Shown: piece after piece, positions 27,189 to 36,338 of the stretch
How positions within the stretch are numbered: position 1 is the stretch's first letter
Layout: every line of letters starts with the position of its first letter
DNA from: Acidobacteriota bacterium
Lineage (GTDB): Bacteria; Acidobacteriota; Thermoanaerobaculia; Gp7-AA8
NCBI GenBank assembly: GCA_019244185.1
Contig: JAFATB010000022.1
Location: 256,001-320,000 of the forward strand
Length of the DNA stretch: 64,000 nt
Direction of reading: 5' to 3'
Notes under the pieces: model-generated
What the model was told of the DNA's origin: nothing
Seen by the model: the letters and a program-made list of their open reading frames with translations, nothing else
Databases searched by the model: none
Made by a program: the position numbers and the translations under genes

Positions 27189-28490
27189 ATGGCATTCCAT
27201 CAGGATTTGACGGGCAGTGCGAAGTATCTTCTCGAGAGTATCCATCCGCAGATCTTCGCCCAGTCACCACACGAGATACTCGCCACGGCCGCCTCGCGGA
27301 TACGCGATCGCGTGCGAGAGTGGTGGGCGCGGCTCGAACCAGAGGCGACGGCAGGAGTGTCTGTCGACATGGCGGAAGAAGGTTTGGTCCGGATTGCCGG
27401 CGGAGCGATCGCGGATTCTCATCATTCGGTCGGACGTACGTGGGCGAAGCAATTGGACTGGAAGGCCCGCATGCTGGATATCTCCGCGGAAGAGGTCATT
27501 GCTGAACGCTTTTTGACCGCCGCGGAACGTTTAGGAGTCCTTGTTTCGCAAGGCAAGAACGTCAAGTTCACGCACGATTGCCTTTTAGAAATTTACTTCG
27601 CCATCGGAATCGCAAAGTCGAAAGTTCTTCCAATGGAACTGCGGCGCGAATCCCGAACCTCTGTCCTCCCACTGCGTACGTCGACGGGGCGATCCGCGCT
27701 GGCGCTGCCTGCTTTGGTACGGCCGGATGATGCTGACGAATGGTTCATTGCGATCGCCAACGAAAACCTGAACATGGGCGCCTGGTTCCTGTACTTCAAT
27801 GAATCCGCGAGAAAGACGCACGGCGAGTGGCTGTGCGCCGAACTTCTCTCGACGTTTGATTGGGACCTCGACGGCGCTACGTACGAAACACTGCACGCTG
27901 CGCTCGTGAGTCTCGGAGAAGTCTCGCTTCCAGCCGCACGGCGGTTCATCGATGCCCGTGCCGGTAGTCTTCCCGCCTATCCGTCCGCAGTCTCTGTCAT
28001 TGCACGGTACGGCGATGAGAGCGATATCCCGCGTCTGCGTGGTCTCAGTCACGAACACTCCCTCGGCTCCTGGGAAATCGAGCGAATGCGCCACCTGATT
28101 CGCGACGCGGAAATCCATGTTTTCGACGAAGCGGCGCGAGCGAGATACGAGCGCGAAAAGGGAGCGGAGGTCGCAAGACAGACCGTTAGCTTCGTCCTGA
28201 AAACGGCCGGGATGATCCTCGCGAAAACAGCTGCACCGCACACGCATTGGAACCACGAGATGAAGCAATGGTCGGCTGGTCAAGCTGTCAAAGGAGCGGG
28301 TAGCCTGATGACGGTCCTGGCAAACACGGAGTTTCTGCAGCAACAGGCCGCACTCCGCGAGCTCCTGGCGCGTTTGCCGGCGCAAATCGAAAAGCGCAAG
28401 ACTCAGGTGGCGGCCACAGCGCCGCAGGTTGTCGCCGGGTGTGGCGCTGCCATCGAGCGCTTGATGAGTCGGGGCACGCATTCGACGTAG
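27189..28490 (+). CDS. Hypothetical protein with NACHT/STAND winged-helix-like motif and helical repeats, no P-loop
   Basis: 'LGVLVSQGKNVKFTHDCLLEIYFA' resembles the FxH...EY WHD motif; atypical codon usage. Confidence 0.6.
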   Translation: MAFHQDLTGSAKYLLESIHPQIFAQSPHEILATAASRIRDRVREWWARLEPEATAGVSVDMAEEGLVRIAGGAIADSHHSVGRTWAKQLDWKARMLDISAEEVIAERFLTAAERLGVLVSQGKNVKFTHDCLLEIYFAIGIAKSKVLPMELRRESRTSVLPLRTSTGRSALALPALVRPDDADEWFIAIANENLNMGAWFLYFNESARKTHGEWLCAELLSTFDWDLDGATYETLHAALVSLGEVSLPAARRFIDARAGSLPAYPSAVSVIARYGDESDIPRLRGLSHEHSLGSWEIERMRHLIRDAEIHVFDEAARARYEREKGAEVARQTVSFVLKTAGMILAKTAAPHTHWNHEMKQWSAGQAVKGAGSLMTVLANTEFLQQQAALRELLARLPAQIEKRKTQVAATAPQVVAGCGAAIERLMSRGTHST

Positions 28491-28498
28491 GTGCGTGT

Positions 28499-28552
28499 CT
28501 CACTGGAAGTAGCCGAAGACGTCGATGATCAGATGCACGCTGCCGCCGCTGA
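28499..28552. repeat. Right direct repeat, equal to the current 3' end of the PQQ-dehydrogenase gene
   Basis: Encodes ...GGSVHLIIDVFGYFQ* on the minus strand. Confidence 0.9.
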
Positions 28553-30950
28553 TCGACGTGTCGACGCTGATGCTGCCGTCGTCGCCGAGGGGCACGACCG
28601 CGTTGTTTGCGCGCGACTTGGCCGCGCGGAAGTTCATCGTGCTCGAGCCGGGACGCGGATATCCGGCCGGGTAGAAGACGAAGAAGCCGGTCGTGCTCGG
28701 CGAGACGGCGGTGACGTTCAGGGCCAGAGCCGATGCGGTCACCGGAATGCCGCAGCGTCCCGTGAGCGCGAACGTGCGCGTGCCGTCCGTCATCGCGGGA
28801 CCTCCGCGCGTGTCGACGAGGCGGCACGGCGTGACGAGATTCAGACTCGTGCCCGTCGTCGCCGTGAAGTCCGCGCGATACGTCGCCGGCGTCGCGGGGG
28901 TGACGATGTCGTGCGTGCGCGCGCCTCCGTCCGACCAGCTACTAAATTCATAGTTGGCGCCGAACACCAGCTGATCGAACGCCGAGATCGAGAACTGCCA
29001 GTGATCCCATGAGGTGAGCTGGATCGCCGTGCGCACGTCCGTGCCGGCGACGCGCAGCGTCGCGCCGGAAGGTTGCGCGTCGAACGTGAGCGTGACTTTG
29101 CGCGGATCGAGCTGGCGCGTGACCGTAGTCGAGAGGCCGCCGGAGTCGGTCGCGGTGAGCCCGATCTCGAGATACGAGTTCGTCGCCGCCAGCAGATCCT
29201 CGGGTGCCGGCGCCGTGAGCGCGACGTTGTTGCCGGTCACGGGTCCGAGGAACGGATGCGTGTGGGCGGCGTGATGCAGGATCACCGTCCAGCTGAGCGC
29301 GGAGTCGGGGAGCGTGCCGTCCTCGGCATCGGTCGCGCTGCCGGTGAGCGTGAAGTTCTGGCCGACGAAGAAGAGCGTGCCCGCGGCGGGCGCCGTGATC
29401 GCCGGCGCCGGCGGCGTGTTGCCCGACGTGATGCGCACGGTCACCGGCGACGAGAACGCGAAGTGGTTGTCGCGCACGCGCAGCGACGCCGTGTACGCGC
29501 CGGCGGCGTAGGTGTGCTGGATCGTGAGCGACGTCGTCGACGTCTCCGGCGTGCCGTCGCCGAAGGTCCAGAAGTACGTCAGCGTGTCGCCCGCGTCGGG
29601 ATCGCTGCTGCCGGTGGCGTTCAGCGTGACGGTCAGCGGCGTGTTGCCGCTCGTCGGCGCGGTCTGGCTCGCGTTCGCAATCGGCGCGTTGTTGCCCGCG
29701 CTGTTGTTGAGCTGGACGCGGCGCACTTCGCCGCCGCCCGCGTAGGTCGTGTAGTAGAGCGCCTGCGTCGCGCCGAACGGGCCGAAGAGCAGATGCACGG
29801 CGCTGCTCCCGCCGAGGGAGGTGGCGAAGGCGGTGGCGTTCGCGGGCGCGTTGCTGTCGATGGTGAACATCGCGCCGCAGTTATAGTCGGCGAAGAGGTA
29901 CTTGTTGTCGTAGCCGGGCCAGATGCCGTTCGGCACGAACGCGCCGCCGGTGATCGATCCGCAGCCGCTGACGCTCGTGCCCGGAACATTGGCCGAATGC
30001 GAGTACTCGAAGATCGGATCGACCAGGTTCGGCGGCGTCGGGCTGCACGGACCGCTGGTGTTGTTGGTGTGCGCGCCTTCGCGGCAGTTCCAGCCGTAGT
30101 CGGCGCCGGCCTGCGCGACGTCGATCTCCTCCCACGCGTTCTGGCCGACGTCGTCGACGAAGATGCGCGTCGACGCGGCGTTCGGATCCATGGTGAAGCG
30201 GAACGGATTGCGGAAGCCCCAGGCGAACGTCTCCTGGCACTTGTTGCCCGCGGTCGTGGAGCCGGTGACGTTGCAGCGCGCGGTGCCGGCGCCCTGGAAC
30301 GGATTCGACGGCGGAATGCCGCCGGTGGACGTGATGCGCAGCAGCTTGCCGAGGAGGATGTTCTGGTCGCGCGAGGCATCGTTCGCGCCGCCGCAGCCGC
30401 CGCCCGCCGCGTAGTCGCAGCCGCCGTCGCCGATCGTGATGTACAGATAGCCGTCCTTGCCGAACTGCAGGTGTCCGGCGTTATGGTTCCCGGCCGTGGA
30501 CGGCATGTTGTCGATCAGCACGAGCTCGGACCCCGCATCGACGGTGTTGCCGCTCATCGTGAAGCGGGCCACGCGGTTGACGCACGTGCCGCCGGAGTTG
30601 ACGGTGCGGAAGAGATACACGAAGCCGTTCGTCGCGAACGACGGATCGACGGCGACGCCGAGGAGGCCGCGCTCGGAGTTCGTGCAGATCGTGCTCGCCG
30701 CGAACGTGATCGCGGGCGTCGCGAGCAGCGCGTTGTTTTGATAGACCCGCAGGCTGCCGGTCTGCTGCGTGATGAGCAGGCGTCCGTCGGGCGTGAACGC
30801 GAGTGCGGTCGGACCGGTGACGGACGTCAGCGAGACATCGGTGAAGCCGGCGGGGACCGTTGCGAAGACGGAGTGCGCGAGCGCGAGGCACACAATCGCC
30901 GACGTACCCAGCACAGCTGCGAATCGCCGCGTGCCGCGAGGAGAGGGCAT
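28500..30950 (-). CDS. Secreted PQQ-dependent sugar dehydrogenase (GSDH family) plus PKD/Ig domains and C-terminal TPCR...DVFGYF domain
   Basis: ERGLLGVAVDP, NHNAGHLQFGKDGYLY, GFRNPFR, DVGQNAWEEID, DYGW; PKD 'YFWTFGDG'; start uncertain (30950/30968/30980). Confidence 0.88.
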   Translation of the reverse strand: MPSPRGTRRFAAVLGTSAIVCLALAHSVFATVPAGFTDVSLTSVTGPTALAFTPDGRLLITQQTGSLRVYQNNALLATPAITFAASTICTNSERGLLGVAVDPSFATNGFVYLFRTVNSGGTCVNRVARFTMSGNTVDAGSELVLIDNMPSTAGNHNAGHLQFGKDGYLYITIGDGGCDYAAGGGCGGANDASRDQNILLGKLLRITSTGGIPPSNPFQGAGTARCNVTGSTTAGNKCQETFAWGFRNPFRFTMDPNAASTRIFVDDVGQNAWEEIDVAQAGADYGWNCREGAHTNNTSGPCSPTPPNLVDPIFEYSHSANVPGTSVSGCGSITGGAFVPNGIWPGYDNKYLFADYNCGAMFTIDSNAPANATAFATSLGGSSAVHLLFGPFGATQALYYTTYAGGGEVRRVQLNNSAGNNAPIANASQTAPTSGNTPLTVTLNATGSSDPDAGDTLTYFWTFGDGTPETSTTSLTIQHTYAAGAYTASLRVRDNHFAFSSPVTVRITSGNTPPAPAITAPAAGTLFFVGQNFTLTGSATDAEDGTLPDSALSWTVILHHAAHTHPFLGPVTGNNVALTAPAPEDLLAATNSYLEIGLTATDSGGLSTTVTRQLDPRKVTLTFDAQPSGATLRVAGTDVRTAIQLTSWDHWQFSISAFDQLVFGANYEFSSWSDGGARTHDIVTPATPATYRADFTATTGTSLNLVTPCRLVDTRGGPAMTDGTRTFALTGRCGIPVTASALALNVTAVSPSTTGFFVFYPAGYPRPGSSTMNFRAAKSRANNAVVPLGDDGSISVDTSISGGSVHLIIDVFGYFQ

Positions 30951-30988
30951 CGTCTCGCCGCGGAGCATAGACCGCGCCACGCGCGGCG

Positions 30989-31016
30989 CACGTGAGCGGG
31001 CTCACGTGGTTATAAT
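30989..31016. promoter_or_regulatory. Palindromic operator CACGTGAGC-GG-GCTCACGTG abutting TATAAT -10 of ribH
   Basis: Perfect 9-bp inverted repeat 30989-31008 containing CGTGA-N6-TCACG; TATAAT at 31011-31016. Confidence 0.55.
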
Positions 31017-31027
31017 CCGCGCCCGCA

Positions 31028-31501
31028 ATGCCCCGTTCTTTCGAAGGTGAGCTCCGCGCGGACGGATTGCGCTTCGCCGTGATCGCCAGCCGCTTCAATG
31101 ACGAGATCGTCTCCGGCCTTCTCGATGGCACGCTGGAGTGCCTCGCGCGTCACGGCGCCACGGACGACGCGATCGCGCTCTACCGCGTGCCGGGCGCCTT
31201 CGAGATTCCGACGCTCGCGGCGAAGCTCGTCAGCGACTGCGATGCCGTCATCGCGCTCGGCTGTCTCATTCGCGGCGACACGCCGCACTTCGACTTCATC
31301 TCCGCGCAGGTGACGAACGAGCTCTCGCGCATCTCCGTCGACACGCGCGTGCCGGTGGCGTTCGGCGTGATCACGTGCAACACGTACGAGCAGGCTGTCG
31401 AACGCTCGTCGAAGGGGCGCGGAAACAAAGGGTGGGAAGCGGCGCTCGCGGCCATCGAGATGGCCAGTCTCTGGCGCAAGCTTCGCACGAAGGAGTCGTA
31501 A
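31028..31501 (+). CDS. ribH: 6,7-dimethyl-8-ribityllumazine synthase
   Basis: ASRFN, VPGAFEIP, ALGCLIRGDTPHFD, GNKGWEAA. Confidence 0.97.
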   Translation: MPRSFEGELRADGLRFAVIASRFNDEIVSGLLDGTLECLARHGATDDAIALYRVPGAFEIPTLAAKLVSDCDAVIALGCLIRGDTPHFDFISAQVTNELSRISVDTRVPVAFGVITCNTYEQAVERSSKGRGNKGWEAALAAIEMASLWRKLRTKES

Positions 31502-31945
31502 ATGGGTGCCCGCCGCAAAGCGCGCGAGCTCGCGCTGCAGATGCTCTTTCAGCACGACATGTCGGGCAACCAGCCGGACCAGATCATCGACACGTTCGAA
31601 GAACTGCAGAAGTCGAAGCCGAACACGCGCGAGTTCGCCACGAAGATCTTCCGCGGCACCGTCGATCACGTGAGCGAGATCGACGAGATGATCCAGAACC
31701 AGGCCGAGAACTGGCGCCTCTCGCGCATGGCCGCCGTCGACCGCAACATCATCCGCATGTCGATCTACGAGTTCCTCCACGAGAACGACACGCCGAAGCT
31801 CGTGATCATCGACGAGGCCATCGAGATCGCGAAAAAGTACGGCACGCAGAAGTCGAGTCAGTTCATCAACGGGATATTGGACGGGATACTGAAACGCTAC
31901 AATCTCGCGGGTGAAGACGAACGCAGAACGCAGAACGCAGAATGA
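31502..31945 (+). CDS. nusB: Transcription antitermination factor NusB
   Basis: RRKARELALQMLFQ, NWRLSRMAAVDRNIIR, IDEAIEIAKKYG, FINGILD; ribH-nusB synteny. Confidence 0.97.
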   Translation: MGARRKARELALQMLFQHDMSGNQPDQIIDTFEELQKSKPNTREFATKIFRGTVDHVSEIDEMIQNQAENWRLSRMAAVDRNIIRMSIYEFLHENDTPKLVIIDEAIEIAKKYGTQKSSQFINGILDGILKRYNLAGEDERRTQNAE

Positions 31946-32010
31946 AGAATTGAGAAACGCTCCCGCGCCTCGTTCTACGTTCTGCATTCTGCATTCTGCA
32001 TTCTGCATTC
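31919..32010. repeat. Heptamer-built palindromic element, copy 1
   Basis: (GAACGCA)3-GAATGAAGAATTGAGAAA ... (TTCTGCA)n; overlaps nusB stop. Confidence 0.85.
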
Positions 32011-32038
32011 GGCCCACGCGGCGCGGAGGCAACACACC

Positions 32039-33901
32039 GTGAGCTTGCTGGGCCGTTTAGAAGATCTTTCCCTCACCGACATCGTTCAGATCGTCTATCT
32101 CTCGCGCCGCACCGGCGTGCTCGAGATCATCGACAGCGTCGGGCGGCACACGGTGCTCTTTCGCTCCGGGCTCGTCGTGAACGCGGCCTCGCCGCAGCAT
32201 CCCGATCTCGTGTCGTTTCTCGAGGCCGCGGAGCTGATCTCGCACGACAAGGGCGCCATGTTGCGGCAGATGGAGGAGCGCGGGATCTCCGCGGGCCTCG
32301 CCGCGCTCGATCTCAACTTCCTCTCGAAGGACGATCTCGCGAACGCGATCCGGCAGCGCATCCTCAGCGTGGTCACGCCGCTGCTGCAGAGCAAGGAAGG
32401 GGAGTTCAACTTCATCCTCAGCGATGCGATGAGCGCGCTCGACGTCGAATACGATCCCGATCAGCTCTTCAAGGAAGGCGGCTTCGCCCCGAACCGTCTC
32501 CTCGGCGGCGCCGACGGCGAGAAGCTCAAGCCGCTGAAGGGTCTCGAGGAGTCGCTGAAGGTCGGCAAGGCGCTGCTGCGCGGCTCCGCTCCCGCCGAGG
32601 CCACGCCCGCGTCGCTGAACCTCGGATTGGGACAGCCGCTCGGTCCCGTCGAAGTGCCCGCGCCGCCGCCCGAGCCCGCGACGCCCGCGAACGACAACGT
32701 CGTGCGCTTTCCGACGCCGCGCGAGGAGTTCACGCCGATCGACGAGCTGCCGGAAGGCACCGGCGCCGGGCCGCTCGTGCCGCCCGACCACACGCCGGCG
32801 CTCTCGTCGACGTCGATCGCCGCGTCGGGCGCGGGGAGCGGGCAGTTCAAAGTCGCGGGCGGACTCTTCGAGATCGAGTCGCCCGACGCCGCGTATCGCA
32901 ACGTCGTGCTCTTCGAGCGCAACCCGCTCGTGCGCGTCGCCGCGCGGCGCGCGTTCACGAAGTGGGGCGTGAAGATCTTTCAGTACGGCTCGCTCGATGA
33001 CGTGCGCTCGTCGATGACGGACCTCTTCCGCTCGAACAGCTTCTTCGTCACGTTCCTCGAGCTCACCGACGACGACGCGTCCGTGCGTCTCATGCAGCAG
33101 GTGAAGCGGAAGAATCCGCGGCTGCCGGTCGTCCTCGTCGATTCCGTCGCCGATCTGCGCCGCCGCCATGCGCTGCTGCGCGCGGGCGCCGATCTCTATC
33201 TCACGAAGCCGTCACCCGCGCGCCTGCAGCCGGGACTCGTCGAGGAAGAGCTCGCGCTTTTCGCCGACGAGCTCGTGCTCTTCGCCGACCGCTCGTTCCA
33301 GCAATACGAACAGATGACCGGCGGCCTCGGTCCCGAGGCGGGCAAGAAGTTTTACGAGCAGGCGACGAAGGAGACCATCGATCGTTCGTTCGGATTGCTG
33401 CGGCAGCTCATCAACGAGCTCTCGAATCCGAACGACATCGGCGAGGTCTCCGCGACGATCCTCCGTCTTTCCGCGGAGTACCTCGATCGCGGCGCGCTCT
33501 TCATGACCAGCGACGACGCGTTCGTCGGCCTCGGCGGCTTCGGACGCGCGGGCGCGGGCGGCGGCGACGAGCTCGATGCGCGCGTGCGCAACCTGCGCGT
33601 GCCGCGCAACGAGCCGTCGATCCTCAGCGACGTCGTCGAGGCGGGCGCCGCGCATCACGGCAAGATGCGGCGCACGCCGGCGAACGTCGACCTCATCGAG
33701 AAGCTCGGCGGGCTGCTGCCGACGGAAGTCGTTGCACTTCCGATCCTGCACGCAAACCGCGCGATTGGTATTCTGTACGGAGACAACGCCGAGCATCGCG
33801 CTCCCATCGACAGTATGACCGGACTGGAGATCTTCCTTTCACAGGCCGGCTATGCGTTCGGGAACGCGGTGTTCGCGTCGGAACGGGCGGGGCGGCGCTG
33901 A
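32039..33901 (+). CDS. DUF4388 (PatA_N-like) plus degenerate receiver plus GAF-like signalling protein
   Basis: 'LLGRLEDLSLTDIVQIVYLSRRTGVLEI' DUF4388 start, 'EGEFNF', 'AGADLYLTKP', 'ALPILHANRAIGILYGDN'. Confidence 0.8.
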   Translation: MSLLGRLEDLSLTDIVQIVYLSRRTGVLEIIDSVGRHTVLFRSGLVVNAASPQHPDLVSFLEAAELISHDKGAMLRQMEERGISAGLAALDLNFLSKDDLANAIRQRILSVVTPLLQSKEGEFNFILSDAMSALDVEYDPDQLFKEGGFAPNRLLGGADGEKLKPLKGLEESLKVGKALLRGSAPAEATPASLNLGLGQPLGPVEVPAPPPEPATPANDNVVRFPTPREEFTPIDELPEGTGAGPLVPPDHTPALSSTSIAASGAGSGQFKVAGGLFEIESPDAAYRNVVLFERNPLVRVAARRAFTKWGVKIFQYGSLDDVRSSMTDLFRSNSFFVTFLELTDDDASVRLMQQVKRKNPRLPVVLVDSVADLRRRHALLRAGADLYLTKPSPARLQPGLVEEELALFADELVLFADRSFQQYEQMTGGLGPEAGKKFYEQATKETIDRSFGLLRQLINELSNPNDIGEVSATILRLSAEYLDRGALFMTSDDAFVGLGGFGRAGAGGGDELDARVRNLRVPRNEPSILSDVVEAGAAHHGKMRRTPANVDLIEKLGGLLPTEVVALPILHANRAIGILYGDNAEHRAPIDSMTGLEIFLSQAGYAFGNAVFASERAGRR

Positions 33902-33905
33902 GGAT

Positions 33906-34283
33906 ATGAAGATTCTGGTTGTCGAAGACTCCTCGTCGATGCGGGCGTATCTGACGACCATCATCGAGAGCGGGACGGAAAGCTACGACCTCGAGATCGT
34001 CGAGGCGGCCAGCGGTTTCGAGGCGCTCAAGACGCTGCCGCATCACAAGTTCGACGCGATCCTCACCGACATCAACATGCCGGACATCAACGGCCTCGAG
34101 CTGGTGAGCTTCCTCAAGAACCACCCCGTCTACCGCTCGATCCCGATCATGGTGATCTCGACCGAGTCGACGGAAGAGGATCGGCGGCGCGCCGCGGCGC
34201 TCGGTGCCGAGGAGTACCTCGTCAAGCCGTTTCAGGCGGGCGACCTCGTCGAGAAGCTGCGGCGGCTGCTGCGGGTCGCGTAA
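33906..34283 (+). CDS. cheY: Single-domain response regulator (CheY-like)
   Basis: ILVVEDS, TDINMPDINGLE, ST, YLVKPF. Confidence 0.88.
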   Translation: MKILVVEDSSSMRAYLTTIIESGTESYDLEIVEAASGFEALKTLPHHKFDAILTDINMPDINGLELVSFLKNHPVYRSIPIMVISTESTEEDRRRAAALGAEEYLVKPFQAGDLVEKLRRLLRVA

Positions 34284-34295
34284 CGGCACGGGCTC

Positions 34296-36338
34296 ATGGC
34301 CAGAGAAGACGACCGCGCACGGGACGAGTTCACCAGCGAAGCCGAAGAACTGCTCGACACGCTCTCGCGCGATCTCGTCGACTTCGAGTCGCAGGGACAG
34401 AACGTCCGTCCCGAGCTCGTCAACAAGATCTTCCGCGAGGTGCACTCGCTCAAAGGTCTGGCCGGGATGCTCGGCTTCACCGAGATCTCCGAGCTCTCGC
34501 ACAGCCTCGAGGACATGCTCGACCGGCTGCGGATGGGGAGGATCGCCATCACGCGCGACCTCATCGATCTGCTCTACGACTCGGTCGACTCGCTGAACCG
34601 TCTCGTCATCGCCATCAACGATCCGTCGCTCGGCGCGCTCGTCGACATGACGGGACTCACCAGCCGTATCCATCACATCATCACCAGCCAGCCGGCGCGC
34701 GTGCACGACGATCCGTTCGCGGAGCTCACGCTCGACGAGCAGACCAAGAAGTCGCTCACCGAATACGAGGAGCATCGCCTGCTCGAGAACGTGCGCGCGG
34801 CGAAGCACATCCTCGTTCTCGAGGTGACGTTCGACTTTTCCGATTTCGACGAGCGGCTGCGCGCGCTGACGGCGAGCCTCAGCGAGTCGGGCGAGGTGAT
34901 CTCGACTCTTCCCGCGATTCCGACCGGCAACGTGAACGGCATCGCCTTCCGCCTGCTGTACGGCTCGACGCTCGACGCGGCGGCCGTGCAGGTGCTCGCG
35001 CCGGACGCGGCGGTGACGTCGCTGCGGAAGAGCGAGCCGGGCGCCGCGGCGCCGGCAGCGCTTCCTGCTCCAACGGAGATCGTGGAAGAAGAGATGTCGC
35101 TGCGATCGCTGTCGCAGACCGTGCGCGTCGACATCGCGAAGCTCGATCACGTGATGAACATCGTGGGCGAGCTGATCATCCAGAAGACGCAGCTCGAGGC
35201 GCTCACGCGCGCCAGTGCCGATCGAACGTCGGTCCAGCAGGGGCGCATGACCTCGCACGAGCTGGGGAAGGTCGCGCGCAATCTCGACCGCAAGCTCAAC
35301 GAGCTGCAGAAGTCCGTCATCGAGATCCGCATGGTGCCGGTCGGGCAGATCTACTCGAAGCTCTCGCGGACCGTGCGCAAGGTCGCGCGCGAGCTCGGCA
35401 AGGAGATCGAGCTCGTGCTGCGCGGCGAGGACACGGAGCTCGACAAGATGATGGTCGAGGAGCTGACCGATCCGCTGATGCACATCATCCGCAACGCGCT
35501 CGATCACGGCATCGAGCCGCCGGACGAGCGGCGCCGCGCGGGCAAGAGTCCGGTCGGGCGCGTCACGCTGAACGCGTATCAGCAGGGCAACTCCGTCGTC
35601 CTCGACGTCACCGACGACGGCCGCGGCATCAACCCCGAGAACGTGAAGCGCGTGGCCGTGCAGCGCGGCCTAATCGGTGAAAAGGACATCGTCGATCAGC
35701 AGCGCGCGTACGAGCTCCTCTTCACGCCCGGCTTCTCGACCGCGGCCACGGTGAGCGAGATCTCCGGGCGCGGCGTCGGGCTCGACGTCGTGAAGAAGAA
35801 CCTGCAGGAGCTCAAAGGCACGATCGACGTCATCTCGCGCGTCGGCGAAGGGACGACGTTCCGCATCTCGCTGCCGATCACGCTGGCGATCATCCAGGCG
35901 CTGATCGTCGAGGCGGGCGGCGAGAAGTTCGCCATTCCGCTGACCAGCGTCGAGGAGTCGCTGCGCATCTACTCGCGCGACATCCGCACCGTCGAGCGTC
36001 GCGAGGTCTTCACGCTGCGCGACTTCACGCTGCCGCTGCTCCGGCTCGCCGACGCGTTCGATCTCGACGACGACCACGATCACGGCCCCGACACGAAGTG
36101 GTTCGTCGTCGTCACGCGCGCGGGCGAGAAGACGGTCGGCATTCTCGTGAACGCGCTCGTGCGCCAGCAGGAAGTGGTCATCAAGTCGATCGGCGAGCGC
36201 CTCAAGACCGTGCCCGGCGTCGCCGGCGCGACCGAGATCGGCGAGAGCGAGATCATCCTCGTCGTCGACGTCGGCTCGCTCATCGATCACTTCGGCGGGC
36301 GCGCGCGAGAGACGAGAGCGCGGGCGGCGCATGTTTGA
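34296..36338 (+). CDS. cheA: Chemosensory histidine kinase CheA
   Basis: Hpt 'FREVHSLKGLAG', 'DPLMHIIRNALDHGIE', DDGRGI, FTPGFST, SGRGVGLDVV, C-terminal CheW-like domain. Confidence 0.96.
   Translation: MAREDDRARDEFTSEAEELLDTLSRDLVDFESQGQNVRPELVNKIFREVHSLKGLAGMLGFTEISELSHSLEDMLDRLRMGRIAITRDLIDLLYDSVDSLNRLVIAINDPSLGALVDMTGLTSRIHHIITSQPARVHDDPFAELTLDEQTKKSLTEYEEHRLLENVRAAKHILVLEVTFDFSDFDERLRALTASLSESGEVISTLPAIPTGNVNGIAFRLLYGSTLDAAAVQVLAPDAAVTSLRKSEPGAAAPAALPAPTEIVEEEMSLRSLSQTVRVDIAKLDHVMNIVGELIIQKTQLEALTRASADRTSVQQGRMTSHELGKVARNLDRKLNELQKSVIEIRMVPVGQIYSKLSRTVRKVARELGKEIELVLRGEDTELDKMMVEELTDPLMHIIRNALDHGIEPPDERRRAGKSPVGRVTLNAYQQGNSVVLDVTDDGRGINPENVKRVAVQRGLIGEKDIVDQQRAYELLFTPGFSTAATVSEISGRGVGLDVVKKNLQELKGTIDVISRVGEGTTFRISLPITLAIIQALIVEAGGEKFAIPLTSVEESLRIYSRDIRTVERREVFTLRDFTLPLLRLADAFDLDDDHDHGPDTKWFVVVTRAGEKTVGILVNALVRQQEVVIKSIGERLKTVPGVAGATEIGESEIILVVDVGSLIDHFGGRARETRARAAHV

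Larger units (their letters stand above)
27088..28552. mobile_element. Direct-repeat-flanked single-gene insertion (islet/cassette), no recombinase encoded
   Basis: 54-bp repeats 1411 bp apart enclosing one gene with visibly more A/T-ending codons, oriented opposite to both neighbours. Confidence 0.6.

Noticed and set aside
27088-28552. IS element or prophage
   Set aside because: No transposase, integrase, terminal inverted repeats or phage genes; repeats are too long and imperfect for a target-site duplication
30981-31027. FMN riboswitch upstream of ribH
   Set aside because: The region is too short, lacks RFN consensus, and a -10 box lies 11 nt from the start codon
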